DNA of 64,000 nt from Candidatus Omnitrophota bacterium (GTDB lineage Bacteria > Omnitrophota > Gorgyraeia > JABMRG01), in NCBI GenBank assembly GCA_041650035.1, contig JBAZLY010000001.1, positions 29,238 through 93,237 on the forward strand, given 5' to 3'. How positions within the stretch are numbered: the first letter of the stretch is position 1; every line of letters begins with the position of its first letter. Positions 54,209-64,000 of this stretch are shown here, one piece after another. The notes below the pieces were generated by a model. The model saw only the letters and a list, made by a program, of their open reading frames with translations. It had not been told where the DNA came from and made no database searches. Made by a program: the position numbers and the translations under genes.

Positions 54209-55816
54209 TTAAAACAAGCCTTTGATCTTTCCAAGATTATCCGCACCAATACCCCAAGCCGCGGGGTGTTGCGGCAGACCGGGCAATAGCAATATATCAC
54301 CGCACACGGGCACGACAAAGCCCGCGCCGGCAAATATCCTTATGTCATTCACCTTAAGCTTCCAGCCCCTTGGTGCACCTTTAAGCATATGATTATCGGA
54401 AAAGGAAAACTGGGTTTTAGCGATATTGACCAAAAGACCTCCTAAGCCGACACTCTCGATCAAATCCAGCGCCTTTCCTGCCTTGGGACTTATTGACACA
54501 GATTCGGCGCCATATACACCTGTCGCTATGATCTTGATCTTGTCTAACAGGCTTGATGAAGAATTATACAGGAATTTGAACGCGGCAGGCCTGTTTTGAA
54601 TAGACCTTACACAGGCATCCGCGAGGGACAGGGCACCCTTACCGCCTTTTTTTACGGCATCCGATACATGGCTTTCCGCGCCAAATGAGTCGCACGCCTT
54701 TCTGATATCATCAAGATCCTTAACGGTATCGGACGGAAATCTGTTTATGGCAACTATAGGTTCTATGCCGAACCCCCTTATTATATTAATATGCCTTTCG
54801 AGATTTGACAGACCCTGAATATCGATAGCCCTCTTTGAGGCGACAAGCACTGCCAGTGACGGTCTAATATTACCTTGCCTGCATACTATATCAAAAAACT
54901 TTTCCGCGCCAAGATCGGCGGCAAAACCGCTTTCTGTAATCACGTAGTCGGATAATTTAAGCCCGGTAAGAATGGATATCAGACTATTGGCACCATGAGC
55001 GATATTGGCAAAAGGCCCACAATGCACAAACGCGGGCCCGCCTTCCAGGGTCTGGACCAGATTAGGCATAAGGGCGTTTACAAGAAGGGCGCTCATTGCT
55101 CCGGCAGCCCCTAATGCCTTTGCCGTAACAGGCCTTTTCGCCTTTGAGAAAGCCGCTATAATACGGGACAACCTGTTTTTAAGGTCAGGTATGTCTCTGC
55201 TTAAGGCTATAACCGCCATAATTTCCGAAGCGGCTATTATATCAAATCCGCTTTTATATGAAAGGCCTTTTTTTATGCTGAAACGTATACTGCGCAACGT
55301 CCTGTCACTGATATCAATAGCACGTCTTATCTGTATACTGTCTTTGTCAATTGCCAATTTATTGCCAAAATAGATACTGCTGTCAAGCATAGCGCATAAA
55401 AGATTATTGGCAGCGGAGACCGCATAAGCGTCACCGGTAAAATGCAAATTTATATCTTCCATCGGTATTACCTGGGAATAACCGCCCCCACAGGCTCCCC
55501 CTTTTATGCCGAACATCGGCCCCAGGGATGGTTCACGCAGGCATAATATAGCTCTCTTCCCCAACCGATTAAAAGCCTGGGCCAGACCAACCGCAGTAGA
55601 GGTCTTACCCTCTCCGTGTTTTGTAGGGGTCATGGATGTGACTAATATGATCTTACCGTCACGTCTGCTTCTCAATCTGCCGTATACAGAAGGCGAGACC
55701 TTGGCGATATGTCTGCCATAAAGGAAGAGTTCCCTATCATCGATACCGGCATCTTTCGCGATCTGGGTTATCGGCCTGGGCAAGACCTTTTGAGCAATTT
55801 TAATATCTGAAATCAT
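54209..55816 (-). CDS. fhs: Formate--tetrahydrofolate ligase
   Basis: SDIKIAQ, TPTKHGEGKTSTAVGL, LREPSLGPMFGIKGGA.GGGY.QV.PMEDINLHFTGD, GPFANIAHG, KTQFSFSD. Confidence 0.94.
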   Translation of the reverse strand: MISDIKIAQKVLPRPITQIAKDAGIDDRELFLYGRHIAKVSPSVYGRLRSRRDGKIILVTSMTPTKHGEGKTSTAVGLAQAFNRLGKRAILCLREPSLGPMFGIKGGACGGGYSQVIPMEDINLHFTGDAYAVSAANNLLCAMLDSSIYFGNKLAIDKDSIQIRRAIDISDRTLRSIRFSIKKGLSYKSGFDIIAASEIMAVIALSRDIPDLKNRLSRIIAAFSKAKRPVTAKALGAAGAMSALLVNALMPNLVQTLEGGPAFVHCGPFANIAHGANSLISILTGLKLSDYVITESGFAADLGAEKFFDIVCRQGNIRPSLAVLVASKRAIDIQGLSNLERHINIIRGFGIEPIVAINRFPSDTVKDLDDIRKACDSFGAESHVSDAVKKGGKGALSLADACVRSIQNRPAAFKFLYNSSSSLLDKIKIIATGVYGAESVSISPKAGKALDLIESVGLGGLLVNIAKTQFSFSDNHMLKGAPRGWKLKVNDIRIFAGAGFVVPVCGDILLLPGLPQHPAAWGIGADNLGKIKGLF

Positions 55817-55818
55817 AG

Positions 55819-56445
55819 CTATCCTCTGGTCATATCAATAATGCTACCGAAACTTCGCCTGTGTACCGGGGAATACCCCATACGCCTGATAGCGAGCATA
55901 TGGCCTCTGGTCCCGTACCCCTTGTGACGTCCGAAACCGTATCCGGGAAATATACGGTCATAAAATTCCAAAAGCCTGTCCCTGGTTACCTTTGCCACAA
56001 TAGAGGCACAGGCTATGGATAGGCTTTTCTGATCACCTCGGATTATGCATTTCTGATCAGCCTTGAGACGCAAACGCATGTTACCGTCAATCAATAAGAG
56101 ATCGGGCCTTACGTATAGATCCAACACAGACATCTGCATCGCAGCCAAGGTGGCACGGTATATATTGATTCTGTCAATATCGTCTTCCGCGACTATACCG
56201 ATACCCACAAATGCCTTATCTAATATTTGCCCATACGCAAGTTGACGGGCGCGGGCGGAAAGCTTCTTCGAATCATCGATCACGCAAGAGAAACTATAAT
56301 CCTTAAGCACTACCGAGGCCGCAACAACAGGCCCTGCCAAAGGCCCCCTGCCGGCCTCATCTATACCGGCTACTAATCTATAACCATCGGCCTTGGCCTT
56401 TAACTCTTCGTCTATCAGCCGATTATTGTTTTGTATCCTGGCCAA
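55819..56445 (-). CDS. rnhB: Ribonuclease HII
   Basis: [38 protein letters not shown] start overlapping the end of rplS. Confidence 0.9.
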   Translation of the reverse strand: MARIQNNNRLIDEELKAKADGYRLVAGIDEAGRGPLAGPVVAASVVLKDYSFSCVIDDSKKLSARARQLAYGQILDKAFVGIGIVAEDDIDRINIYRATLAAMQMSVLDLYVRPDLLLIDGNMRLRLKADQKCIIRGDQKSLSIACASIVAKVTRDRLLEFYDRIFPGYGFGRHKGYGTRGHMLAIRRMGYSPVHRRSFGSIIDMTRG

Positions 56446-56782
56446 CCTTTTCCTCGATCACAGTCTTTTTACCGATCTTGTTTCTAAGATAATAGAGTTT
56501 AGCCCGTTTTGCCCGGCCGCGCTTGACCAACTCAATCTTATCGATACCTGGAGAATGAAGGGGAAACGTCCTCTCCAAACCCTCCCCATAAGAAACACGT
56601 CTTAACGTGAATGTCTCCCCCGTGCCGGAACCCTTTCTGGCTATAACAATACCCTCAAAGGCCTGCAGTCTCTGCTTATCTTCTTCAACGATCTTGATAA
56701 ATACCTTTATGGTATCTCCGATTGAAAATTGCGGCAAACCTTTCTTTATATATTTTTCCTCAACCATTTTTATCTTATCCAT
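56423..56782 (-). CDS. rplS: 50S ribosomal protein L19
   Basis: [33 protein letters not shown]. Start set at the ATG at 56782 (MDKIKMVEE). Confidence 0.93.
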   Translation of the reverse strand: MDKIKMVEEKYIKKGLPQFSIGDTIKVFIKIVEEDKQRLQAFEGIVIARKGSGTGETFTLRRVSYGEGLERTFPLHSPGIDKIELVKRGRAKRAKLYYLRNKIGKKTVIEEKVGQDTKQ

Positions 56783-56852
56783 CTTATTTACTCCTTTATT
56801 GTTTTTACGCGTAATATACCATTGACCGGGGTATCCTCTATCCCGCAAAAGG

Positions 56853-57557
56853 TCATACGCCTTTTCCTATTTCTAATTGTTTTATATGCCTTATCATGTC
56901 AGGCCTCTTATCTATAGTCTCGCGTATAGATTCGACTTCTCTCCATCTTTCTACCGCTCTATGATTTCCCGATAATAATACGGCAGGAACCTTTCTGCCT
57001 TTATAATCCGCTGGCCTGGTATAATGCGGGTATTCCAATAAACCACCGATAAAACTCTCGTCCGCATTTGAGTTGAGATCCCCAAGCACCCCAGGGACCA
57101 GGCGTGCCACCGCATCGATTAAGACCATGGCGGCAAGCTCTCCGCCAGTCAAGACATAGTCGCCTATAGATATTTCATCCGAGATAAACCCCCTTATTCT
57201 TTCATCTACTCCTTCATAATGCCCGCATATCAATACCAGTGATCTTTGCTGTGCGAGGCTGTTACATAACCCCTGGTCCAAAACCCTGCCTTTAGGGCCC
57301 ATGAGCATAACCTTAGCATTCGGGCATGCGCGTCTTACGCTTTGCAAGGCATCTAAAACCGGCTGGCATTGCAAAACCATGCCGGGCCCGCCGCCGAACG
57401 GTTTATCGTCTACCTTTCTATGCCGGTCAAGGGAGTATTTTCTTATATCATGTATGCCTATTCGCAGCCTGCCCGAATCTCTGCCGCGTTTAACTATCGA
57501 TTCCGAAAGCACCGGGTCAAACATATTCGGAAAGAGCGTAAGGACATGTATATCCAT
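56853..57557 (-). CDS. trmD: tRNA (guanine37-N1)-methyltransferase
   Basis: [43 protein letters not shown] at 57557 preferred; the track uses a GTG at 57566. Confidence 0.93.
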   Translation of the reverse strand: MDIHVLTLFPNMFDPVLSESIVKRGRDSGRLRIGIHDIRKYSLDRHRKVDDKPFGGGPGMVLQCQPVLDALQSVRRACPNAKVMLMGPKGRVLDQGLCNSLAQQRSLVLICGHYEGVDERIRGFISDEISIGDYVLTGGELAAMVLIDAVARLVPGVLGDLNSNADESFIGGLLEYPHYTRPADYKGRKVPAVLLSGNHRAVERWREVESIRETIDKRPDMIRHIKQLEIGKGV

Positions 57558-57648
57558 CGTGTTCACGCTGACCGACCTTTATTATAATACGGTAAATTGA
57601 TAAGCTGGCATCCGTCATATAAGACAAGCCAATGTTTATAATATATTA

Positions 57649-57882
57649 TTACGCTTTCTTGACTATGCTTTTGATGGTCTCCGTCATTTTTGCCCCCACC
57701 CCAAGCCAATACGCGGCCCTCTGCTTATCTATTTTTACGTAAGCGGGATTTTTTGACGGATCATAAAAACCAATCTCCTCTATCGACTTCGCATTCACGC
57801 CTTCGTGGTGATCGCAAACCACGATTTTAAAATGCGGCTTCCCCTTTGTACCCATTCTCTTTAGCCTTATTGAAACTGCCAT
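57649..57882 (-). CDS. rpsP: 30S ribosomal protein S16
   Basis: MAVSIRLKRMGTKGKPHFKIVV. Start set at the ATG at 57882. Confidence 0.93.
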   Translation of the reverse strand: MAVSIRLKRMGTKGKPHFKIVVCDHHEGVNAKSIEEIGFYDPSKNPAYVKIDKQRAAYWLGVGAKMTETIKSIVKKA

Positions 57883-57968
57883 TTTACCGCTCCTCTTTTT
57901 TAAATTGTTACGTTGCTGACCCATTTTACCTGCGGCAATAGCCTGCCCGAAGGAGGCCATAGGCCTGC

Positions 57969-59234
57969 CTATGCCTTAACCCTCTTTATCCTTGCCCCGA
58001 GAGCAGAAAGTTTATTTTCCATATTCTTATAACCCCTGTCAAGATGATATATCCTGGAGATAGTTGTCCTGCCCTTGGCAACCAGTCCGCCTATTGCAAG
58101 GGCCGCGGAGGCCCTAAGATCGGATGCCATCACCTCGGCTCCGCTTAAATACTTTACGCCGTGTATTATAGAGCTTTCTCCTTCAAGCAGTATATGCGCC
58201 CCCATCCTGTTGAGTTCACCAACATGCATAAAACGCTCGGGATATATCTTTTCGGTTATTATCGCTATGCCTTTTGAAACCGACATAAGGGCCATCATCT
58301 GTGCCTGCAGGTCTGTTGGAAACCCCGGATAAGACAATGTTGTAACATCAATTGTCTTCAATCTTCGCAAAGCCCTAACCCTTATATCCCCGTTAGCCTT
58401 TGCGTTGATAATAGCACCGGCCTCGGAGAGTTTGTCGGTAAGAGCCCTAAGATGGCCTATTTCAGCCCCCTTTATAGTAATGTCCCCGCGGCTCGCGCAA
58501 GAGGCTATCATGTATGTCCCAGCCTCTATCCTGTCAGGTATAATATTGTGCTCGGTACCATGCAGGCATTTAACACCCTCTATCTCTATGGTATGAGTGT
58601 TATGCCCTCTTATCTTAGCGCCCATTTTAATAAGAAAATTAGCAAGATCCACTATCTCCGGTTCGCAGGCAGCGTATTCTATTATCGTCTTACCCTTTGC
58701 AAGCGTCGCGGCCATCATCACATTAGCGGTAGCTAAAACAGAGGAACCAAAAGAACCTCCAAGATATATAGGGCTGCCTCTTAAACCCTCGGTCTGGGCT
58801 ATCACATAACCATGCTCTATAGTTATCTCGGCGCCAAGCGCCCTTAACCCTTTTATATGTATGTTTATCGGCCTGGGGCCGATCACGCAACCCCCGGGCA
58901 AAGATACCTTGGCGTACCTCTGTTTTGCCAAGAGGGCCCCAAGTATACATATAGACGCGCGCATAGTACTCACATAACTATATGCCGCTGTATTGCCTTT
59001 ATATCCCGACGGATCGATCTCAAGCGCGCCGTTAGAAAAATTCGTCTTTACCCCCAAAGCGCGCAATATCTTGCACATGGTAAAGACATCACTCAATTGA
59101 GGCACACCCTTGATCAGGGATTTCTCATCCGACAAAATACAGGCGGCCATTATGGGCAACGCGGCATTCTTTGAGCCGTCCACCCTGACCTCACCCAATA
59201 ATCTTGTAGGCCCTTCTATAATAAGCCTATCCAT
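57969..59234 (-). CDS. murA: UDP-N-acetylglucosamine 1-carboxyvinyltransferase
   Basis: MDRLIIEG.., VDGSKNAALP, LPGGCVIGPRPINIH (active-site Cys present). The track starts at a TTG at 59243. Confidence 0.93.
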   Translation of the reverse strand: MDRLIIEGPTRLLGEVRVDGSKNAALPIMAACILSDEKSLIKGVPQLSDVFTMCKILRALGVKTNFSNGALEIDPSGYKGNTAAYSYVSTMRASICILGALLAKQRYAKVSLPGGCVIGPRPINIHIKGLRALGAEITIEHGYVIAQTEGLRGSPIYLGGSFGSSVLATANVMMAATLAKGKTIIEYAACEPEIVDLANFLIKMGAKIRGHNTHTIEIEGVKCLHGTEHNIIPDRIEAGTYMIASCASRGDITIKGAEIGHLRALTDKLSEAGAIINAKANGDIRVRALRRLKTIDVTTLSYPGFPTDLQAQMMALMSVSKGIAIITEKIYPERFMHVGELNRMGAHILLEGESSIIHGVKYLSGAEVMASDLRASAALAIGGLVAKGRTTISRIYHLDRGYKNMENKLSALGARIKRVKA

Positions 59235-59343
59235 TATCCTCAAACCTGTGTTGTTCCAAATCGTGCATCAAATAAAGAAAAGGCTCCTGCCCGGCCATAC
59301 GTGCCAATCCAGACCGCATATCCGGGCATGTTTATGTATATCC

Positions 59344-60180
59344 CTATTTCAAACGAGCCGTAACCACCCTTGCAATATCGTTCAAATCATTAAAAAACAT
59401 TATATCGGAGAATTTACCAGAGCTATTTATAATGGCCCTGACCGCATCAACGCTATTATCAGGTATCTCCAGACCTATGATACCGCCTTCTTTCAAGAAA
59501 TCCGGGGCATCCTTTGCTATGCGCCGGTAAAAATCCATCCCATCCGCACCGCCACACAAGGCCTCAACCGGCTCATGTTTAAGTTCAATGGAAAGACTAT
59601 TCATCTCTCCGCAGCTGATATAAGGCGGATTACATATTATGGCATCAAACGACTTTCTGTATTCATCGGCAAGAGAAAACAAATCTGCCTTTATGAAAAC
59701 AATGCCTTCGGAGGCGCTGTTTCGCGCCGCGTTTTCTCCCGCTGTCTTAACTGCCAAATCGGAAATGTCAGAACCTATTATTTTACAATGGGTTAATGCC
59801 TTTGTCAATGATATAGCGATATTCCCGCTTCCTGCACAGAGATCGAGTATATTCAGGTCAGCCCGCCGCAGACCACTTAATAGGCTTATCATCGTCTCTA
59901 CAAGTATCTCCGTTTCAGGCCTGGGTATAAAAACCCCTTTTTCTACACCAATATCATAGCCTAAAAAATTCACCGTGCCTGTTATATACTGTAAGGGTTC
60001 TCCTTTGATCCGGCGGCTAAGCATCTGCTCAAGTGACAGAAGATCGTCCGCGCAGAGATTTATCTCATTAATATACAACTCCACTACAGGCCTATTAAGC
60101 AGATAACTCAATATCGCCTGCGCGTTGGCGGCAGGAGAATCTACCCCTGAATCCCTTAGGCGTCTGATAGCCTCAATCAT
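59344..60180 (-). CDS. prmC: Release-factor glutamine N5-methyltransferase
   Basis: DLCAGSGNIAISL SAM motif and the NPPY catalytic motif (ICNPPYIS). First ATG at 60180; the longer track ORF would overlap prfA. Confidence 0.88.
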   Translation of the reverse strand: MIEAIRRLRDSGVDSPAANAQAILSYLLNRPVVELYINEINLCADDLLSLEQMLSRRIKGEPLQYITGTVNFLGYDIGVEKGVFIPRPETEILVETMISLLSGLRRADLNILDLCAGSGNIAISLTKALTHCKIIGSDISDLAVKTAGENAARNSASEGIVFIKADLFSLADEYRKSFDAIICNPPYISCGEMNSLSIELKHEPVEALCGGADGMDFYRRIAKDAPDFLKEGGIIGLEIPDNSVDAVRAIINSSGKFSDIMFFNDLNDIARVVTARLK

Positions 60181-60244
60181 TACGGGGAATTCTTGCTCGG
60201 GTTCTCGCGCGCCTGCCGGTGAGGCGCGATGTTCAATACCGGCA

Positions 60245-61309
60245 TTAGAGATTTTCAAGCTTTTTTTTCCTATCCGCCTCAACAAGAGCACCTATCAGAT
60301 CGTCAAGATCTCCTGCCAAGATCGCTTCCAATTTGTGCATAGTAAGGCCTATCCTGTGGTCCGTAACACGCCTGTCGGGAAAATTATATGTCCTTATCTT
60401 CTGACTCCTGTCTCCCGTACCAACCTGAATTCTCCTCTGTCTGGTTATCTTATCAGCTTGATCCTGCCTGAATTTTTCAAAAAGCCGCGAACGCAATATC
60501 TTCATGGCCTTTATCTTATTCTTAAGCTGAGAACGCTCATCCTGGCAGGACACAATCACATTAGTAGGTATGTGGGTTATCCTGACAGCTGAATCCGTGG
60601 TATTAACACTTTGACCTCCGCAACCGCTTGAGCGGTACACATCAATACGCAGATCCTTTGGATCGATCTTGATATCCACTTCTTCGGCCTGGGGTAAAAC
60701 AGCAACCGTCACCGCCGATGTATGAATCCTGCCCTGGGCCTCTGTAGACGGCACTCTTTGAACCCGGTGAGTCCCGCTCTCGTATTTAAGTTTTCTAAAA
60801 ATATTATGGCCCTCGATTGAAAATATTACCTCTTTCAGCCCCCCTGCCTCGGACGGGGACGTATTCATAACATCCACTTTCCATTTATTGGACTGCGCGA
60901 ATTTCGTATACATCCTGAACAAATCCGAAGCGAAAAGAGACGCCTCAAGTCCGCCGGTCCCCGCCCTTATCTCCATTATTATATTACGGGAAGCGTCCGG
61001 GTCATCATCAATCAGCATGCCTTCAAGTTCAGACTTGATTACCGCCTGCCGCGACTCTATTTCCGCTATCTCCGCCTTGGCCAACTCGATAAAATCAGAC
61101 TCATGCTTTTCCTTAAGCATGGCTTGCAACCCGGATTTTTCATTCTCACAAAACATATACGCGTCATACCTGTCGAGCAGCTGCGACATGAATGACAGTT
61201 CTTTGGCGTATCGCTGATATAGCGGCCTATCACTTATGACTTTGTCATCAGACAACAGGGTCTTTAGTTCTTCAAACCGCTTTTTTTTCTTTTCCAATAA
61301 TCCAATCAT
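60245..61309 (-). CDS. prfA: Peptide chain release factor 1
   Basis: GGQ motif (SGCGGQSVN), RF1-type tripeptide region VPSTEAQGRIHTS, C-terminal RTYNFP. Start at the ATG at 61309. Confidence 0.93.
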   Translation of the reverse strand: MIGLLEKKKKRFEELKTLLSDDKVISDRPLYQRYAKELSFMSQLLDRYDAYMFCENEKSGLQAMLKEKHESDFIELAKAEIAEIESRQAVIKSELEGMLIDDDPDASRNIIMEIRAGTGGLEASLFASDLFRMYTKFAQSNKWKVDVMNTSPSEAGGLKEVIFSIEGHNIFRKLKYESGTHRVQRVPSTEAQGRIHTSAVTVAVLPQAEEVDIKIDPKDLRIDVYRSSGCGGQSVNTTDSAVRITHIPTNVIVSCQDERSQLKNKIKAMKILRSRLFEKFRQDQADKITRQRRIQVGTGDRSQKIRTYNFPDRRVTDHRIGLTMHKLEAILAGDLDDLIGALVEADRKKKLENL

Positions 61310-61373
61310 AATAATGCGGACAGCGCGGGAAGGACATTGAAAAAATGCCTGCCCGGCAGACACAGCCTCTTTA

Positions 61374-61574
61374 TTATTGTTTCCTGTATTTCTTCATAAA
61401 TTTTTCAACCCGGCCGGCAGAATCTACGAATTTCTGTTTGCCCGTGAAAAATGGGTGGCACTTGGAACAGATCTCGACTTTTATATTCGGTTTCGTGCAG
61501 CGCGTGTGGATTACCTCACCACAAGCACATGTTATTGTAGTCTCTTTATATTCCGGGTGTATCTTTTTCTTCAT
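61374..61574 (-). CDS. rpmE: 50S ribosomal protein L31
   Basis: MKKKIHPEY...CACG...[21 protein letters not shown] ahead of the ATG at 61574. Confidence 0.93.
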   Translation of the reverse strand: MKKKIHPEYKETTITCACGEVIHTRCTKPNIKVEICSKCHPFFTGKQKFVDSAGRVEKFMKKYRKQ

Positions 61575-61633
61575 TTTACCTTTCCTCCTTATAAACGGTT
61601 TTGTCATCAGCCGGCAGCCTGACCGGGCAGACC

Positions 61634-62887
61634 TTATTGATTCATACCCATTAAAAATTCCGCGTTTGTTTTTGATTTGGATAATTTTTCAATAAGAAGC
61701 TGCATAGATTCATCTGACGGCAGCTCGTTCAATATCTTTCTCAATATCCATACGCGTTTCAACTCTTCAGGGTCCATCAGCAGGTCTTCTTTTCTTGTGT
61801 TGGACCGCTTGATATCAATAGCCGGGTATATCCTCTTTTGAAAAAGATTCCTGTCCAACTGCAGTTCCATGTTACCCGTTCCCTTAAACTCCTCAAATAT
61901 GACCTCATCCATCCTGCTTCCGGTATCAACTAAAGCGGTAGAGATAATGGTAAGGGAGCCCCCCTCTTCGATATTCCTCGCGGCCCCGAAAAACCTCTTA
62001 GGCTTATGCAGGGCGTTTGAATCAACGCCTCCGGAGAGTATCTTGCCGCTATGAGGGACAACAGTATTATAGGCACGGGCAAGACGGGTTATGCTGTCCA
62101 ATAATATAAGCACATCCTTCTTATGCTCGACAAGTCTCTTCGCCTTCTCAAGCACCATCTCAGCAACCTGCACATGACGTTCCGCCGGTTCGTCAAAGGT
62201 AGAACTGATCACCTCGCCCTTAACGGAACGTTCCATGTCCGTCACCTCTTCGGGCCTCTCATCAATCAGGAGGACTATAAGTATGGTATTGGGAGAATTC
62301 TTCGTCACGGCATTGGCTATCTTTTGAAGTATTATCGTCTTGCCGCTATACGGAGGCGCGACGATCATCCCGCGCTGGCCTTTCCCAATAGGCGTCAGCA
62401 GATCCATTACTCTTGTTGAAAGCTCTTTCGGGTCATTCTCCAGCAAAAACCTCTCTCTCGGATAGAGCGGAGTAAGGTTTTCAAAAAGTATCTTATCCTT
62501 CGCCTTTTCAGCGTCTGTAAAATTCACCTGCTCAACCTTAAGCAGGGCGAAATAACGCTCACCCTCCTTTGGAGAACGTATCTGTCCGTGCACGGTATCA
62601 CCTGTTCTCAAATCAAACTTCCTGATCTGGCTGGGAGATACATAGATATCATCCGGGCAAGGCAGGTAATTATAATTCGGGGACCTCAAAAAACCAAACC
62701 CGTCAGGCAGCACCTCGAGCACCCCGCCGCCGTTCATAGCGCCCTCGTTGCGAGTCTGGGATTGAAGTATCCTGAATATAAGATCCTGTTTCTTAAGCCC
62801 GCTTGTACCGTTGACCTTGAGATCGCCGGCAACCTTATTCAGTTCCGAGACCTTCATTTTTTTTAATTCTGCTGCGTCTATAGCCAT
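61634..62887 (-). CDS. rho: Transcription termination factor Rho
   Basis: N-terminal [13 protein letters not shown]...[12 protein letters not shown]-binding GFGFLR, Walker A PPYSGKTI, and RLARAYN. Confidence 0.94.
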   Translation of the reverse strand: MAIDAAELKKMKVSELNKVAGDLKVNGTSGLKKQDLIFRILQSQTRNEGAMNGGGVLEVLPDGFGFLRSPNYNYLPCPDDIYVSPSQIRKFDLRTGDTVHGQIRSPKEGERYFALLKVEQVNFTDAEKAKDKILFENLTPLYPRERFLLENDPKELSTRVMDLLTPIGKGQRGMIVAPPYSGKTIILQKIANAVTKNSPNTILIVLLIDERPEEVTDMERSVKGEVISSTFDEPAERHVQVAEMVLEKAKRLVEHKKDVLILLDSITRLARAYNTVVPHSGKILSGGVDSNALHKPKRFFGAARNIEEGGSLTIISTALVDTGSRMDEVIFEEFKGTGNMELQLDRNLFQKRIYPAIDIKRSNTRKEDLLMDPEELKRVWILRKILNELPSDESMQLLIEKLSKSKTNAEFLMGMNQ

Positions 62888-63488
62888 TTACCTTCTCCCT
62901 GTTTTTTATCGTTTCACTGATAATCCTGCAGCGGGCCTTCAGATCCATAAGACCTGCTCCATTATGTATAATATAATCCGCCCTTTTAACCTTATCGTGA
63001 AGCGGCATTTGAAATCTTATACGGGCCAGCGCCTCCTTAGCGGACATCTTCTTACCCCTGCAACGCTGTATTTGTAAAGCCAATGACGCCATAACAACCA
63101 CGATATAATCGCATTTTTTATAAAATCTCGACTCTATCAGCATCGGAGCGTCAAGAACTATTCTTTTTCTGCCCCTTTCGTAAAATCTTTTAATCCTGTT
63201 ATCTATGTCGGCCGTTATAGCAGGGTAAGTTATGCCGCACAGCTTACGGTAGCCCAATCTGCAGGAAAACACCTTGGCCGCCAACATCCTTCTGTCAATA
63301 AGGCCATCGCTGCCGATAATACCCCTGCCAAAATATGATATAAGGCGGTTTGCCAGAGGGTTGCCGCGCTTAAGAAGGCTGCGCGCGACCTTGTCAGCAC
63401 GTATAAGATCCGCATTCAAAAAACGCGCTATATACCCTGCCGCCGCGGATACCCCTGTAGACATGCCTCCTGTTATCCCGATAATCAT
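62835..63488 (-). CDS. coaE: Dephospho-CoA kinase homologue with a degenerate P-loop
   Basis: CoaE-like throughout (IGITGG..., [24 protein letters not shown]). The Walker A reads [12 protein letters not shown] where CoaE has G(L/I)TGGIGSGKST. It overlaps the rho start by 53 nt. Confidence 0.75.
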   Translation of the reverse strand: MIIGITGGMSTGVSAAAGYIARFLNADLIRADKVARSLLKRGNPLANRLISYFGRGIIGSDGLIDRRMLAAKVFSCRLGYRKLCGITYPAITADIDNRIKRFYERGRKRIVLDAPMLIESRFYKKCDYIVVVMASLALQIQRCRGKKMSAKEALARIRFQMPLHDKVKRADYIIHNGAGLMDLKARCRIISETIKNREKVNGYRRSRIKKNEGLGTE

Positions 63489-63592
63489 ACCACGTCTCCA
63501 AGGCCAGTCCAATAACTCTTTACAGATACTCACGCATAGAATAAACTGTCCGCAGCGCAACACGCGATGCCAAGATCACAGGCCTGCTGTTT

Positions 63593-64000
63593 TCAAGCAC
63601 GGGCATCAGAGGCTTTCTGATATATCTTGACATATTCACGGGCAGACGCGTCCCACGAAAAATCATAACCGGCTATTTTTCTGATAAGCCTTGTCCATTT
63701 CTGCCTGTTACCATAAACCCTTAGAGCCCTTGCCACCGCCTCCAGCATCTGTTCCGCAAAACAACCTGTAAAAACAAAACCATTGCCTTTTTCCGTATCC
63801 GGGTCATATTCAAAAACAGTGTCCGCGAGCCCGCCGGTCTTTCTTACAACAGGCACCGTGGAATACTTAAAACTAATAAGTTGCCCCAAACCGCACGGTT
63901 CATATCTTGACGGCATAAGAAATATATCGCAAGCGGCGTATATCTTCTGCGCAAGCGCGGCATCAAAGACGAGGTTAATAGACGCCTTTTCACCGAGCTT
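63593..64000 (-). CDS. glgA: Glycogen/starch synthase GlgA, C-terminal part (gene runs off the right edge)
   Basis: The frame is open to position 64000: ...LAQKIYAACDIFLMPSRYEPCGLGQLISFKYSTVPVVRKTGGLADTV. This is the canonical GT5 GlgA C-terminal block. Confidence 0.9.
   Translation of the reverse strand, partial: KLGEKASINLVFDAALAQKIYAACDIFLMPSRYEPCGLGQLISFKYSTVPVVRKTGGLADTVFEYDPDTEKGNGFVFTGCFAEQMLEAVARALRVYGNRQKWTRLIRKIAGYDFSWDASAREYVKIYQKASDARA

Noticed and set aside
59110-59796. 228-aa plus-strand ORF spanning the murA/prmC junction
   Set aside because: It is antisense to two well-supported genes and crosses their intergenic spacer. It has no motif and no ribosome-binding site.
1-64000. 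Search for defence systems, prophage, transposases, integrases, toxin-antitoxin pairs and CRISPR arrays
   Set aside because: No nuclease/ATPase/methyltransferase combinations, recombinase motifs, terminal inverted repeats or spacer-repeat periodicity were seen. The tRNA pair is not followed by an integrase or a direct-repeat att-like duplication. The window is overwhelmingly housekeeping.

Overview
A 64-kb, gene-dense and almost gap-free stretch of core chromosome from a non-model bacterium. About 60 of roughly 66 genes are on the minus strand. I found no rRNA, CRISPR array, transposase, integrase, phage gene or recognisable defence system. Reading high to low coordinates (the direction of transcription), the content is: glgA (3' part), coaE, rho, rpmE, prfA, prmC, murA, rpsP, trmD, rplS and rnhB; a folate C1 / Wood-Ljungdahl methyl-branch string (fhs-fchA-folD-metV-metF, then an HD-GYP protein, panB, panE and an AcsE-type methyltransferase); a Pta-N-terminal-like protein, apbE, hppA, mnmA and a hydrolase; two tRNAs; a plus-strand PflX radical SAM gene; a COG1579 zinc-ribbon protein, rnhA, a roughly 600-nt RNase P RNA, pilT and an M48 peptidase; a decayed purine-permease remnant and an SNase nuclease; a complete dcw cluster from mraZ to ftsA with its promoter and MraZ boxes; yggS-proC-yggT-DUF167 and rpmF-plsX-fabH-fabD; a plus-strand XRE-cupin / CheY / 7TM histidine-kinase island; a BNR-repeat protein, an exported GT35 phosphorylase-like protein, fabG, a shortened mfd and the start of an EF-G gene. 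I did not find a clear new multi-gene system. The best leads are single-locus oddities: (1) the dcw cluster ends at ftsA with no ftsZ; (2) a lipoprotein-signal GT35 homologue has the PLP lysine replaced by Arg and sits behind a perfect consensus promoter; (3) the RNase P RNA is oversized; (4) an unannotated 53-codon ORF is wedged between mraZ and rsmH; (5) a purine permease is collapsed in frame, Mfd is shortened, and CoaE lacks the P-loop lysine; (6) terminator-like hairpins sit between predicted promoters and the SD of two genes. Every call rests on reading motifs by eye. No searches or computations were run.
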